A stretch of DNA of 64,000 bases from Planctomycetota bacterium (lineage in GTDB: Bacteria > Planctomycetota > Planctomycetia > Pirellulales > UBA7805). A program made the translations under genes and the position numbers. Below, piece by piece: positions 29,411 to 39,478 of the stretch. The notes beneath the pieces were generated by a model, which saw only the letters and a program-made list of their open reading frames with translations, searched no databases and was not told the origin of the DNA. The stretch covers positions 1,292 through 65,291 of the forward strand of contig JAYZMM010000017.1 of assembly GCA_036153155.1 (NCBI GenBank), written 5' to 3'. Positions within the stretch are counted from its first letter, which is position 1. Every line of letters starts with the position of its first letter.

Positions 29411-31621
29411 ATGAAGCCCATCGATGTAGGAAAAAAACGACGTCCATTTATCGCCTATCGAAATAAATTCGGCATTCCTCAAATTGAAGCCGACTCTTGG
29501 CTATCCTGCCTCTATGGACTCGGTTATGTCCATGCGATTGATCGACCAACTCAAATTTTATTTGCTCGAGCCGTTGCGCGTGGTACGGCTGCGGAACGGA
29601 TTGCTGATAAAGAAGACCTTTTTGATACCGATCAATATTTTCGTCGCGCGGGATTATATCTTGGGCTTAAAGAAGAAGTTTCTAGACTAGACGACAAAAC
29701 CTTTAGTGAAATCACAGCATATTGCGAAGGTTTGAATGACGCATTACAGGAAGCAGGTCGTACCTTACCGATGTGGGCAACCGGTTTCGATCCACAACCC
29801 TGGACCCAAGAATCGGTTCTGCTGATTGGAAACTTGCTAAGCTTCGGTGGGTTGGCTGTAGGGCAACAACAAAGCGAACGACTTCTTCTTGAACTTGTGC
29901 AATTAGGAATTCATAAAGATAGACTTCAAGAACTGTTTTCTCCCCATCTTGATCATGTTGATTTTAATCTTCTCCATAAGATTAAAATGGCACATCGACT
30001 TTCAGATGATGCCCTCGAGCTGATTGCCGACCTTCCACGCCTGGCAGGAAGCAATGCCTGGGCCGTTTCCCCAAATCGGAGTCAAACGGGGGCACCACTT
30101 CTGGCTGGTGATCCACACCTTGAAGTCAATCGGCTTCCTGCAATCTGGTATGAGGCAGTTTTAAAATGGAATCAGAATTATGTAATGGGTGCAACATTGC
30201 CGGGCTGTCCGCTATTTGGGGTCGGACGCACCCGTAACCTTTCCTGGTCGGTAACTTATCTTAAAGGAGATACGAGCGATTATTTTATTGAGGATTGCCG
30301 ACCGGGTGGTGAAAGTGGTTGGCAATATAGGCGAGAAAATAACTGGATCGACTTTTCAAGACGAATTGAGACAATACATCGCAAAGACAACCAGTCTCTC
30401 GAAATGCCGATTTACTTCAACGACGTCGGCACTCTAGAGTGTAATCCGGAGGCCACCGGACCAGGGTTATATTTGTCCCTTGCTTGGGCCGGCTCCAAAG
30501 AAGGGTCCGGACAATCCATCGCATCCTGGCTTCGATTACTTGATTGTACTGATGTCCGACAAGCAATGTTTGCGGTTCGGGAAACGCCGCAGCCTACTTT
30601 GAATTGGATATTTGCCGACCGTGAAGGTCATATCGGTCGCCAAGCGAGTGGCTGGATTCCCCGCCGTCGCTCAGGGCAAAGCGGACTGGTTCCAACACCC
30701 GCTTGGCGTCGTGAAAATCACTGGAGTGGTTGGATTCCTGCCGACCAGCTTCCATCATCGTACGACCCGGCCGAGGGGTTTGTGTTGTCGGCGAACGAGA
30801 ACGTTAACCAACCCGATGGACCGATTATCAATACGCTATTTTTACCTGACTATCGCTATCGTCGTATTCGCGAGCGGCTTACGGAACTTTCCCGGGCCAC
30901 CATTGATGATTTCAAGGCATTGCAATATGACGTGGTTAGCCTCCAAGCACGAGATTTACTCAAGATCTTCTTGCCGCATTTACCGACAGGAGAAATAAAA
31001 ACACGTCTCGAAAACTGGTCATGCCATTACAGCCCGGAAAGCCACGAAGCTTCATTGTTTCAACGGCTATATCGAAATGTTATTTTGGAAATTTTTGGGC
31101 AACCAAGTAACGGACAGGGAGGCATCGGTTGGCGAAGAATGTTTTATCTGGCTAGTCGAATAGGCTATTCCACGATGGTGATTACAGCGATTGATGCATT
31201 ACTCCACAAAACGTCCTCTACCTGGTGGCATTCTCGTGACAAGGGATCCATGATTCGCGCAGCCTGTGAGTCGATTCGCGACAAAGATGATCGCCCCTGG
31301 TCGGACATCAATGCCTTTAGATTCACTAATCGGTTTTTTGAGGGGCACCGAGCAGGCCGGCTGTTTGGATTTCACACAGGTGAGTTTGCTATGCCGGGCA
31401 ACCACGCCACGCCTTTTCAGGGCCATTTATTAAGAGCCGCAAAGCGTGAGTCGACCTTCGCACCGAGCTATCATTTTATAACGGATATGAGTACTGACGA
31501 AGCCTGGACAAATCTTCCAGGTGGCCCATGTGAGAGTCGATTTTCAAAATACTATAAGACCGATATCGCGCGTTGGAGCCGCGGTGAATACAAATTACTC
31601 TCCCCTACCGCTGCTGAGTAG
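29411..31621 (+). CDS. Penicillin acylase family protein (Ntn hydrolase, S45)
   Basis: The LAGSNAWAVS autoprocessing/nucleophile Ser site, LLAGDPHL, and a length of 736 aa typical of the family. Confidence 0.88.
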   Translation: MKPIDVGKKRRPFIAYRNKFGIPQIEADSWLSCLYGLGYVHAIDRPTQILFARAVARGTAAERIADKEDLFDTDQYFRRAGLYLGLKEEVSRLDDKTFSEITAYCEGLNDALQEAGRTLPMWATGFDPQPWTQESVLLIGNLLSFGGLAVGQQQSERLLLELVQLGIHKDRLQELFSPHLDHVDFNLLHKIKMAHRLSDDALELIADLPRLAGSNAWAVSPNRSQTGAPLLAGDPHLEVNRLPAIWYEAVLKWNQNYVMGATLPGCPLFGVGRTRNLSWSVTYLKGDTSDYFIEDCRPGGESGWQYRRENNWIDFSRRIETIHRKDNQSLEMPIYFNDVGTLECNPEATGPGLYLSLAWAGSKEGSGQSIASWLRLLDCTDVRQAMFAVRETPQPTLNWIFADREGHIGRQASGWIPRRRSGQSGLVPTPAWRRENHWSGWIPADQLPSSYDPAEGFVLSANENVNQPDGPIINTLFLPDYRYRRIRERLTELSRATIDDFKALQYDVVSLQARDLLKIFLPHLPTGEIKTRLENWSCHYSPESHEASLFQRLYRNVILEIFGQPSNGQGGIGWRRMFYLASRIGYSTMVITAIDALLHKTSSTWWHSRDKGSMIRAACESIRDKDDRPWSDINAFRFTNRFFEGHRAGRLFGFHTGEFAMPGNHATPFQGHLLRAAKRESTFAPSYHFITDMSTDEAWTNLPGGPCESRFSKYYKTDIARWSRGEYKLLSPTAAE

Positions 31622-31644
31622 ACGAGGCGTTTCCATCTGCTATC

Positions 31645-32712
31645 TTGGAATCAATGGAAACAGCAGATGAAAAACCGATTGAAATCGTACGCGCTGAATT
31701 AATCGCACCGCGGCGCCGGCGAGTTTTGTTGCCGCTCTTACTATTTTGCGCAACCTGTTTCACAACATTCGCAGCCGGTTGTTACCGATGGAATGCTTGG
31801 GAAACACCAGTTTTTGGCAATCCTGTTCGAATCGAAGTCCAACCCGGAGATTCATTTACAGATCTCAAAGGCCAGCAACAAACCGCAAAACAGCGATCTA
31901 TTGTCTGGGCCAGTTGGTATGACGGATTGCGGTATAACTGGAAAACCGGCGTCCTTTATATGTTTTGGGTAATGGCCATTTTATTGCTACATGAGATGGG
32001 CCACTTTCTTATGACGCTCCGCTATAAAATTCCAGCGAGCTTTCCCTTCTTTATTCCCGTTCCTTTTATGGTGACCGGAACAATGGGTGCAGTTATCGGA
32101 ATGAACCCCAACCGAGCAAATCGCAAAGAAGTATTTGATATCGGAATCGCCGGTCCGCTTGCTGGTCTTGTCTTAACAATTCCATTACTGATCTACGGTC
32201 TCAGTGTTGCAGAGCCAACGCCTGAGCGTCCTGAGGCTCGAGGTTATGGAGACCCTTTGCTGGTTAAATTGTTGATTCCCCTGCTGCACGATCTCGATGA
32301 CGTGAAAAAAGATTATGCGGAAAAAAACAACGATCCCAGCGCGCTGAAAAAGTCGTTTACTTTTGTCGTGAATCCGATATATATGGCTGCCTGGGTAGGT
32401 ATGCTGGTGACGGGGCTCAACATGTTACCGGTAAGTCAACTTGATGGCGGTCATGTTTCGTACACTCTGTTTGGCCCTTATGCACGCTGGGTAGCCCGCG
32501 GATTTATGCTTGCTGCCATGTTATTCATTGTATGGACCGAGTCCTACAACTGGACACTTATGTTGATTCTTGTCTTGCTGATGGGCACCGACCATCCTCC
32601 GACTGCCGATGACCGGGTTAAACTGGGTCCCTTGCGATATGGCTTGGGGCTCGTTTCATTATTGATACCTATTTTCTGCTTTACGCCTTTCCCGCTTTTA
32701 ATGGGCGACTGA
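31645..32712 (+). CDS. Site-2 protease family (M50) membrane metalloprotease
   Basis: HEMGHF (HExxH) within a TM helix, NMLPVSQLDGGH (the NxxPxxxLDG motif) and multiple TM segments. An ATG at 31654 is a possible alternative to the TTG at 31645. Confidence 0.8.
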   Translation: MESMETADEKPIEIVRAELIAPRRRRVLLPLLLFCATCFTTFAAGCYRWNAWETPVFGNPVRIEVQPGDSFTDLKGQQQTAKQRSIVWASWYDGLRYNWKTGVLYMFWVMAILLLHEMGHFLMTLRYKIPASFPFFIPVPFMVTGTMGAVIGMNPNRANRKEVFDIGIAGPLAGLVLTIPLLIYGLSVAEPTPERPEARGYGDPLLVKLLIPLLHDLDDVKKDYAEKNNDPSALKKSFTFVVNPIYMAAWVGMLVTGLNMLPVSQLDGGHVSYTLFGPYARWVARGFMLAAMLFIVWTESYNWTLMLILVLLMGTDHPPTADDRVKLGPLRYGLGLVSLLIPIFCFTPFPLLMGD

Positions 32713-32897
32713 TTGGGCGACTGAAGTGTGGCCCGTTTGCGCTTTTTTTTTACGCATGTTTGCGGAAACAGGCACAATGGGGTGCTTGCCCCAGCAACAC
32801 CACCTCTGGGATACTGAGAGGCTAAAGGGCAAAGTTGTGTCCAGTAATTTGCCCAAGGTAACAAGCACCAAACGACAGGGAGTGTCGGAGAGACGCC

Positions 32898-34907
32898 ATG
32901 ACTGAAACAACTTATCGCACTGCTCCGGAACCGACAACGAAAATGCCTGGTGGCATTCCTTATATCATCGGCAACGAGGCGGCCGAGCGTTTCAGCTACT
33001 ACGGAATGAAAGGGATTTTGATCATTTTTATGACTCAATATCTCGTCTTAATGCAAGGATCAAGACCTGGCGATACGATGTCGGATGCGGAGGCAACGGC
33101 AAACGTCCATTTATTTAATTCAGCTGTCTATTTTTTCCCGATTTTCGGTGCCCTGCTCTCTGACATTCTGATTGGAAAATATCACACGATTCTCTCACTC
33201 TCCATTGTTTATTGCCTCGGGCATGCCGCGCTAGCCGTGATGGGATACCAGGGTGTGCCGATGCACTGGATGATTGCAGGTCTTTTTTTAATAGCCGTCG
33301 GATCAGGGGGTATCAAGCCTTGCGTATCTGCACATGTGGGCGACCAGTTTGGAAAAACAAATAGTTTTCTACTCACGAAAGTATTCGGCTGGTTTTATTT
33401 TTCCATCAATATGGGGGCTTTTATTTCAACACTGCTGACCCCCTGGTTGCTTGAGTGGTACGGTCCGCACTGGGCGTTTGGAATTCCCGGGGTCTTGATG
33501 GCACTTGCTACAGTTGTGTTCTGGATGGGTCGCAAGGTGTTTATTCACGTGCCACCTGGAGGAAGCCAAGCATTTTTTGGCGAAACATTCAGTCGTGAAG
33601 GTCTTGCCGCCATCGGTAAGTTATTGATTATTTATATCTTTGTGGCTGTTTTCTGGGCCCTGTTCGATCAGATGGGTTCATCCTGGGTGCTTCAAGCCGA
33701 AGATATGGATCGTCGCTGGCTTGGGATTACTTGGCTTTCATCTCAAATTCAAGCAGTCAATCCAATCTTGATCTTGGCATTTATCCCACTTTTTCAGTTC
33801 GTGGTGTATCCATTGATTGATAAAGTTTTTCCCCTCACACCAATGCGTAAAATTTCACTGGGCTTGTTTGTCATGGTGGGTGCATTTGCAACAGTGGCGG
33901 TTGCACAGGAACGGATTGATTCAGGAGAACATCCCTCCATCGGATGGCAGGTGTTTGCGTATGCCCTGCTGACTGCTGCGGAAGTGATGGTTTCCATTAC
34001 ATGCCTCGAATTCAGTTACACCCAAGCCCCACGCAAGATGAAGTCTGTCATTATGGCGTTATTCCTGATGAGCGTATCACTTGGGAATTTTTTCACAGCG
34101 GCGGTAAATAGTTACATTATTGTGCCAGAAGGCACTGCTCCGGCCACGCGGTTGATACAAAAAGCAGTTCAGGAGGATGGCTCGCTAAATGCTCAGCAAT
34201 TGGCAGATAGTGCGAGCGAGAACGGTCTGTCGGCTGAACCGCAAAGCGATGGAAGCTTTTTGATTACCCTTTCTCAAACAGAAGGACTAGAACCCTCCTC
34301 CTCGACCACCATGCTTTTTAATTCTCGTGGGGAACTGATCGAGGTTCAAACTCCAGAAAATGATCGGCTGCGAGCGGCATTTAAAGAAATTTTGAAACAT
34401 TGGGACGCAAAGCAAATGCTGCCTCTCGATGAGATTGGCTCAGAGTTAGTTGGTGGGGCACGGGATCAATGGGGAAATGCACTTTCATATGATCTCAAAA
34501 ACAATAAACAATTTTTAATCAGTAGCCTTGGACCGGATGGTATTCCTTATACAGTCGATGACGTTCATTTGACGGTTATTCGCAATGTTCAAACAGAAGA
34601 AGAAAAAAGAATCGCCGCATCAGCAGGAGGTGATCTGTTTGCTTCACTCCATCCAGAAAAGACCTGGCTTGATCGCCGCCGGGAGGAAATCGGTTCACTT
34701 AGTGGTGCGGAGGATAATCAGGCAGGAACCTCAGTAGCACCAGAAAATTTTTCCACCGATATCTCCATTGGCGGTGGCGAGAATCTATCAGGTGCAGCCT
34801 ATTTTTGGTTCTTTGCACAGTTAATGCTGGTAACGGCCGTCTTATTTGTGATTGTGGCTTGGTTCTATCAACCGCGAGAGTATTTGCAGGAAGAAGCCGC
34901 GGCATAA
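32898..34907 (+). CDS. Proton-dependent oligopeptide transporter (POT/PTR2 family, MFS) with a large soluble insertion before the last TM helix
   Basis: ERFSYYGMKGILIIFM PTR2 signature, GSGGIKPCVSAHVGDQF, and many TM helices. Residues about 409-632 are hydrophilic. Confidence 0.88.
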   Translation: MTETTYRTAPEPTTKMPGGIPYIIGNEAAERFSYYGMKGILIIFMTQYLVLMQGSRPGDTMSDAEATANVHLFNSAVYFFPIFGALLSDILIGKYHTILSLSIVYCLGHAALAVMGYQGVPMHWMIAGLFLIAVGSGGIKPCVSAHVGDQFGKTNSFLLTKVFGWFYFSINMGAFISTLLTPWLLEWYGPHWAFGIPGVLMALATVVFWMGRKVFIHVPPGGSQAFFGETFSREGLAAIGKLLIIYIFVAVFWALFDQMGSSWVLQAEDMDRRWLGITWLSSQIQAVNPILILAFIPLFQFVVYPLIDKVFPLTPMRKISLGLFVMVGAFATVAVAQERIDSGEHPSIGWQVFAYALLTAAEVMVSITCLEFSYTQAPRKMKSVIMALFLMSVSLGNFFTAAVNSYIIVPEGTAPATRLIQKAVQEDGSLNAQQLADSASENGLSAEPQSDGSFLITLSQTEGLEPSSSTTMLFNSRGELIEVQTPENDRLRAAFKEILKHWDAKQMLPLDEIGSELVGGARDQWGNALSYDLKNNKQFLISSLGPDGIPYTVDDVHLTVIRNVQTEEEKRIAASAGGDLFASLHPEKTWLDRRREEIGSLSGAEDNQAGTSVAPENFSTDISIGGGENLSGAAYFWFFAQLMLVTAVLFVIVAWFYQPREYLQEEAAA

Positions 34908-34932
34908 GGCGTGGTGGTGCGAGGATACACTG

Positions 34933-35862
34933 ATGGGTCATCACCATAACCACGGCCACGGCCACGGCCACAGTCACAGCCATGGGCCGCCGAATTATAC
35001 GTTTGCTTTCTCTTTCGGCATTAGCCTGAACCTCATTTACATCGGCGTTGAGGTGTCATATGGACTTGCGATTGATTCCCTTGCGCTTCTGGCTGATGCT
35101 GGACATAACATAAGTGATGTTTTGGGGCTGCTATTAGCTTGGGCCGGTTATCGGCTGAGTAAAATACCGCCTTCCACGCGTCGGACTTACGGCTGGAGAA
35201 GTGGGTCTATTTTGGCCGCATTTCTAAATGCCCTTCTGTTGCTGGTTGCAGTAGGGGCCATAACCTGGGAAGCGATCGAGCGATTCTCCCATCCTGTGCA
35301 AGTCGCCGGCAATACAATCATGGCCGTGGCTGGAGTGGGAGTGTTTATTAATTTATTCACAGCGCTGTTGTTTCTTCGTGGCCGTAAGAACGATATTAAT
35401 ATTCAAGGTGCTTTCTTACACATGGCAGCCGACGCGGGAGTCTCGCTTGGTGTGGTGTTTGCGGGGCTGATGACCAAACTTTATCCGGTAAACTGGATAG
35501 ATCCTTCGGTTTCGCTGTTGGTTGCAGCGGTGATTCTTGTAAGCACCTGGAGCTTATTCCGCGACTCCACAGCACTGCTGCTGCACGCGGTTCCACCTCG
35601 CATTGACCCAGATAAAGTCAACCATGCACTTCAAACACATCCTGATGTGATTTCCATCCATGATCTTCATATCTGGGCGATGAGTACCACAGAAACGGCA
35701 CTTACCGCTCACGTAGTGGTGCGACCTGACTGTGAATACAACTTAGTTCTGGAATCACTTAGAAAAACAATGTCCGATCAATTTGAAATTGAACATGTGA
35801 CACTACAATTTGAAGCGGAATCAGAAACTCGTTGCCCGCAGGATGACGAAGAAGCGATTTAA
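34933..35862 (+). CDS. czcD: Cation diffusion facilitator (CzcD/ZitB-like Zn/Co/Cd efflux) with His-rich N-terminus
   Basis: MGHHHNHGHGHGHSHSHG, then LLADAGHNISD, HMAADAGVS and the C-terminal cytoplasmic domain. I chose the ATG at 34933; the ORF track start at 34852 overlaps the POT gene. Confidence 0.9.
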   Translation: MGHHHNHGHGHGHSHSHGPPNYTFAFSFGISLNLIYIGVEVSYGLAIDSLALLADAGHNISDVLGLLLAWAGYRLSKIPPSTRRTYGWRSGSILAAFLNALLLLVAVGAITWEAIERFSHPVQVAGNTIMAVAGVGVFINLFTALLFLRGRKNDINIQGAFLHMAADAGVSLGVVFAGLMTKLYPVNWIDPSVSLLVAAVILVSTWSLFRDSTALLLHAVPPRIDPDKVNHALQTHPDVISIHDLHIWAMSTTETALTAHVVVRPDCEYNLVLESLRKTMSDQFEIEHVTLQFEAESETRCPQDDEEAI

Positions 35863-35875
35863 TGGGTGTGCTCGG

Positions 35876-36514
35876 TTAAAAAGGCTCAGGTGAGGTCCAC
35901 TGCATCCATTTGTTTGTGTAAGGGTGCCGAAATGCAAGCGCGTGAGCATGCAACCCAAGCCGAGAGAGTTGCCCACGGGATTGCTCTGTTCCGTAAATCG
36001 GGTCACCTAGAATAGGATGCCCGATATATTCCATATGAACTCGCAACTGATGACTTCGCCCCGTAATCGGTCGCAGCGTAATAGACGTTCTTGATCCATG
36101 TGACGCAGTAACCATCCAATGTGTAGTCGCGTCTTTTCCGCTTTTAAAATCGATGCAATAGCGTGGGGGCCGGGTTGATTTTCGGCGTATGGGCGCATCG
36201 ATCGTTCCAGATCTTCGGTCAGGGCACCCATCAATTTGTGCGTGGTAAATTTTTTTTACGCGACGCTTCGCAAATTGATCACTCAACCTTCGATGGGTCT
36301 CAGCATCTAGTGCAAGCACTATCAAACCCGACGTATCTCGATCAAGCCGATGCACAATCCGAGCGGAGGGCCAATCAATTAAGCTACGCACAAGAAGTGA
36401 ATCATGCTGCATGGGTCCCAATCCGGGCTGTGAGAGTAATCCTGCTTCTTTTTCCAACACGATTAAATGTTGATCTTCAAACACGACTGCGGTTTTTATT
36501 GAGCAAGAGGGCAT
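35876..36514 (-). CDS. RluA family pseudouridine synthase
   Basis: HRLDRDTSGLIVLA catalytic motif and GRSHQLRVH. Confidence 0.88.
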   Translation of the reverse strand: MPSCSIKTAVVFEDQHLIVLEKEAGLLSQPGLGPMQHDSLLVRSLIDWPSARIVHRLDRDTSGLIVLALDAETHRRLSDQFAKRRVKKIYHAQIDGCPDRRSGTIDAPIRRKSTRPPRYCIDFKSGKDATTHWMVTASHGSRTSITLRPITGRSHQLRVHMEYIGHPILGDPIYGTEQSRGQLSRLGLHAHALAFRHPYTNKWMQWTSPEPF

Positions 36515-36542
36515 CGGGCGTTAGGTAGGTGTAATATTTTCC

Positions 36543-37088
36543 CTAGAATTCCAAATCCGTTTTTGCCCGGAGGAAATAAATTGCGGCATACACTCGGCCG
36601 TCCAAAATGGCCCCCGCCTCCACCCGCTGATCAAGGTAATCATCGATTTGCGAGAGGGGTATCTCATGCACCGTAATATTTTCATTGGCGTCACCACCTC
36701 CGGGCCCCACCTTTTCCAAATCATTCGCGAAAAAAAGAGTGACACATTCGTCCGTTAGGCCTGCCGAGGAGGCAACTGTAACCCATTCGGACCATATTGT
36801 TGCTCGATAGCCGACCTCCTCCATCAACTCCCGTTTTGCGGCCTGCACGAGGTCTTCTTGTGGTTGATCCGTAAGATCACCGACGAGTCCCGCCGGCAAT
36901 TCAAGGACCGATTGATTTAGCGGTGGCCGATACTGTTCGACTAACAAGAGTTTGTTTTCTCTCGTGACGGCAATAATCGCTACTACCCCCACTCCGGTTG
37001 TTCGCTGAACAAATGACCAACCCCCTCGGTCAATCAAACGCAGGTAGGGTGTATTTGCGATTGTACAATCAGTTGGTTGTGCAGACAT
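36543..37088 (-). CDS. NUDIX hydrolase (ADP-ribose pyrophosphatase-like)
   Basis: Nudix box GLVGDLTDQPQEDLVQAAKRELMEEVGY. I chose the ATG at 37088 (MSAQPTD); the track start at 37127 is TTG. Confidence 0.8.
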   Translation of the reverse strand: MSAQPTDCTIANTPYLRLIDRGGWSFVQRTTGVGVVAIIAVTRENKLLLVEQYRPPLNQSVLELPAGLVGDLTDQPQEDLVQAAKRELMEEVGYRATIWSEWVTVASSAGLTDECVTLFFANDLEKVGPGGGDANENITVHEIPLSQIDDYLDQRVEAGAILDGRVYAAIYFLRAKTDLEF

Positions 37089-37205
37089 TAAATTCTCACA
37101 GAAACAATATTCAATAACAGGGAACAAAAAAACTATATGGAATTGGTGTATATGGATCTACACCAAACCACTGATCAGCATGTTAACAGTTCACTGATTT
37201 GCCGA

Positions 37206-38165
37206 TCATTCTGGGAGGGAAAGGGTGATCCCATCCAAGTAAACCGCAGCGGCATTGCCGAGCAAATCACGATGCATTCGCCATGGATCACCAAAGTAGC
37301 CCTCACCGATCTGTGCATCGAGGAGGCTGGTGCCCAATATTTGCATTGCGCGTGTCGGCTGAAAAATCGATTCGGCATAGATGATTTTTTCACCCTCACC
37401 CCGTACGCCGAGGAGCTTGGAAAAATATTGCACTGCCAGATTATTTTTTCTTGGCATCGCCGGTCCGGAAACAACTACATGCAACCGGCCCCAGTCTTCT
37501 GCGGATATCTTTTGTTTCCAGACGACTATTTGACGGTGAAAATGATCAATTCGAAATTTTGCCGCAAGCTTGACATTTTGCAATATCTGCGGTTTCACGC
37601 TGTCCAAAAAGTCATCCAGGTCTTCTGCAGTCCATGCCTTTTCATCAATAATTTTTTTAATCAGAGATAGTGTTTTTCCAATCACCCGCTGCTGCGCTTC
37701 AACCAAATCCATGTCCTCTGTCAGCCGCTTACCCAGTTCACTTTGCACCGTCTTGGCAATTTTCTGGAACGTTTGAAGACCATCAATACGAGTTTCAGAA
37801 AGAGGACCCTCTCCATATGGCTCCAATAAAAGGAAAATCGTTAGTGTGATATGCGAAACAGTGGTTAGCGTTCTGTAACCAGATTGCGGCGGCCCACTTT
37901 TTACGGATTTGCCATTGTAAAAAAGGGTTAAATCCTCACCCTGGACGAAAATAATCGGCCCGGTATCGCGCAAGGTTTGCTCCCGAGCACGGTTGTAGGT
38001 AGAGCGGAAAAATTGGTCCATTTTCCCGAACGCATCCGGCTTTACCGGCTCAGCGTTTACACTGCCATGGCCCCCAAAAGAAGGCAGGAATAACACGAGA
38101 GATATGAACGTTAAGTGTCGAAGTTTAGTCGCGAATTCAAGCAAGATGAACAAAATCATGACCAC
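37206..38165 (-). CDS. Hypothetical secreted protein
   Basis: Signal-peptide-like N-terminus (FISLVLFLPSFGGHGSVNA) and non-repetitive, protein-like composition. I recognise no family. The overlapping plus-strand ORF 37137..37670 is judged spurious. Confidence 0.5.
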   Translation of the reverse strand: MVMILFILLEFATKLRHLTFISLVLFLPSFGGHGSVNAEPVKPDAFGKMDQFFRSTYNRAREQTLRDTGPIIFVQGEDLTLFYNGKSVKSGPPQSGYRTLTTVSHITLTIFLLLEPYGEGPLSETRIDGLQTFQKIAKTVQSELGKRLTEDMDLVEAQQRVIGKTLSLIKKIIDEKAWTAEDLDDFLDSVKPQILQNVKLAAKFRIDHFHRQIVVWKQKISAEDWGRLHVVVSGPAMPRKNNLAVQYFSKLLGVRGEGEKIIYAESIFQPTRAMQILGTSLLDAQIGEGYFGDPWRMHRDLLGNAAAVYLDGITLSLPE

Positions 38166-38203
38166 GCTCCGGTTTGTTTCATTTCACAATGCATCAGGAT
38201 GCA

Positions 38204-39478
38204 CTAGGGTAATTTTTCATCGCAGGCCCATAAACCGAGTGCCGGATTACGAATAAAGAAAATTTCTTCCTGACCTTCGACCTGGTTCCACCCGTCAGTC
38301 ATGCGATCGGGGTTGTACGTTTTCATCATCTGTTCGAGATTCCCATAGCGATAGCCGACCGATTCAATATCCGTCTGTGAGAGTTGATCGCAGCAGTAGA
38401 TGACATCAAAACGATTTTCTGGAGAACCATGGATTAAATGGGCCGCTGCCGCCAGATTATTTTTAAGATCTTCCCCAGACTCCACAGCTTGGAGAATTTC
38501 AGGTGTCGGACGATAACCGTATTTCCGAATCAATTGGTCAATTTTCGGGTCTTCTCCAAAAGTCTTCACCCCCGGCGCGAGAATGATCAACTGTGCTCCA
38601 TCGGCCAGGGCCATTCGTGAACGATAGATAGCCTTGTTTCCGAGCCAGGTACTTTTGAATTCCTCCGGATCGAGATAAACGACAGCCTTATCTACTTCAC
38701 GATCAAGTCGCTGAAAATTTGTTTCAACTGAAAGCGAACATGCTCGTTGAAAACAATCCAAGTCATCTCCGATAAACAGTCCACGAAGCAAGGGATTTCC
38801 AGCTGCATCCGGCGAGACTACGGTAAGCACATAGAGAATGGGAAGGTGGCCGCAAAAATGATCCTCCGCATAATTGAGTATTTTTCGCAGAGGCGTATCG
38901 GCACGACCCATCATCCTCTCCAAGCCATATGCTGCACCAATGAAATGACTTTCGTTGATTCCAGCTTCGCCACCCGTTCCGATAAAAATGTTCTTATTGA
39001 AATTTGCCATGCCGATCACCTCGTGCGGAACGACTTGTCCTACCGACAAAATCAAATCGTGCTTTCCTTCCCACAGCAACCTATTAATCTGTACCGGCCA
39101 AGATTTGCGGTAGATACCTTCGGTCACCTCGCTAACAAAATCGGCGGGCACTTCGCCGATCGTGACTACATCTTCTCGCCAACGATGTGTGCGGATAAGC
39201 GACTTCGGTAATGTGGGAAACATACGCTCGATTTGCCATGCTTCCATTGGAAAGTGAGTTCCCAACGCGGGGAGAACATCTACTAGATGTTCTCCATAGA
39301 ACTGATGAGTCATACACGTAATGGGTCCGGCCTGGCTGTGAATCCGAGTGTAATCAGGAGGCACCACCAACACTCTCTCTCGCCGACCAATCTGTTCGAA
39401 CGAGTCATACAATAAATGTTGTAATTGCTCAGATTCAATTACCGCATCAACAGATCCACTCGCACAGTAAAGACTCAT
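38204..39478 (-). CDS. LarA-like (lactate racemase N-terminal domain / DUF2088) protein
   Basis: VVPPDYTRIHS and ALGTHFP align by eye with the LarA motifs SSDHTRPVP and ATGFHRP. A PHE...NFNK segment aligns with the LarA His/Lys region. The start overlaps the upstream gene's stop (ATGA). Confidence 0.55.
   Translation of the reverse strand: MSLYCASGSVDAVIESEQLQHLLYDSFEQIGRRERVLVVPPDYTRIHSQAGPITCMTHQFYGEHLVDVLPALGTHFPMEAWQIERMFPTLPKSLIRTHRWREDVVTIGEVPADFVSEVTEGIYRKSWPVQINRLLWEGKHDLILSVGQVVPHEVIGMANFNKNIFIGTGGEAGINESHFIGAAYGLERMMGRADTPLRKILNYAEDHFCGHLPILYVLTVVSPDAAGNPLLRGLFIGDDLDCFQRACSLSVETNFQRLDREVDKAVVYLDPEEFKSTWLGNKAIYRSRMALADGAQLIILAPGVKTFGEDPKIDQLIRKYGYRPTPEILQAVESGEDLKNNLAAAAHLIHGSPENRFDVIYCCDQLSQTDIESVGYRYGNLEQMMKTYNPDRMTDGWNQVEGQEEIFFIRNPALGLWACDEKLP

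Noticed and set aside
32703-32724. Tandem direct repeat GGGCGACTGA-TT-GGGCGACTGA at the stop codon of the M50 protease gene, followed by a T9 run.
   Set aside because: It looks like a trivial 12-bp duplication of the gene's last codons. I could not fold a convincing hairpin upstream of the T-run, so I call neither a terminator nor a regulatory element.
32544-33038. 164-aa minus-strand ORF across the M50-POT intergenic region.
   Set aside because: It overlaps the ends of two strongly supported plus-strand genes and has no recognisable features. It is most likely a chance ORF.
34933-34986. CAC/GGC/CAT microsatellite-like repeat (CACGGCCACGGCCACGGCCAC...).
   Set aside because: It is in frame and encodes the His/Gly-rich N-terminus (MGHHHNHGHGHGHSHSHG) of the CDF metal exporter. 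That is a common metal-binding feature, not a non-coding repeat.
37137-37670. 177-aa plus-strand ORF overlapping the 319-aa minus-strand ORF.
   Set aside because: The minus-strand product has a signal peptide and balanced composition. The plus-strand product is Cys/Phe-rich, with no motif or start context.
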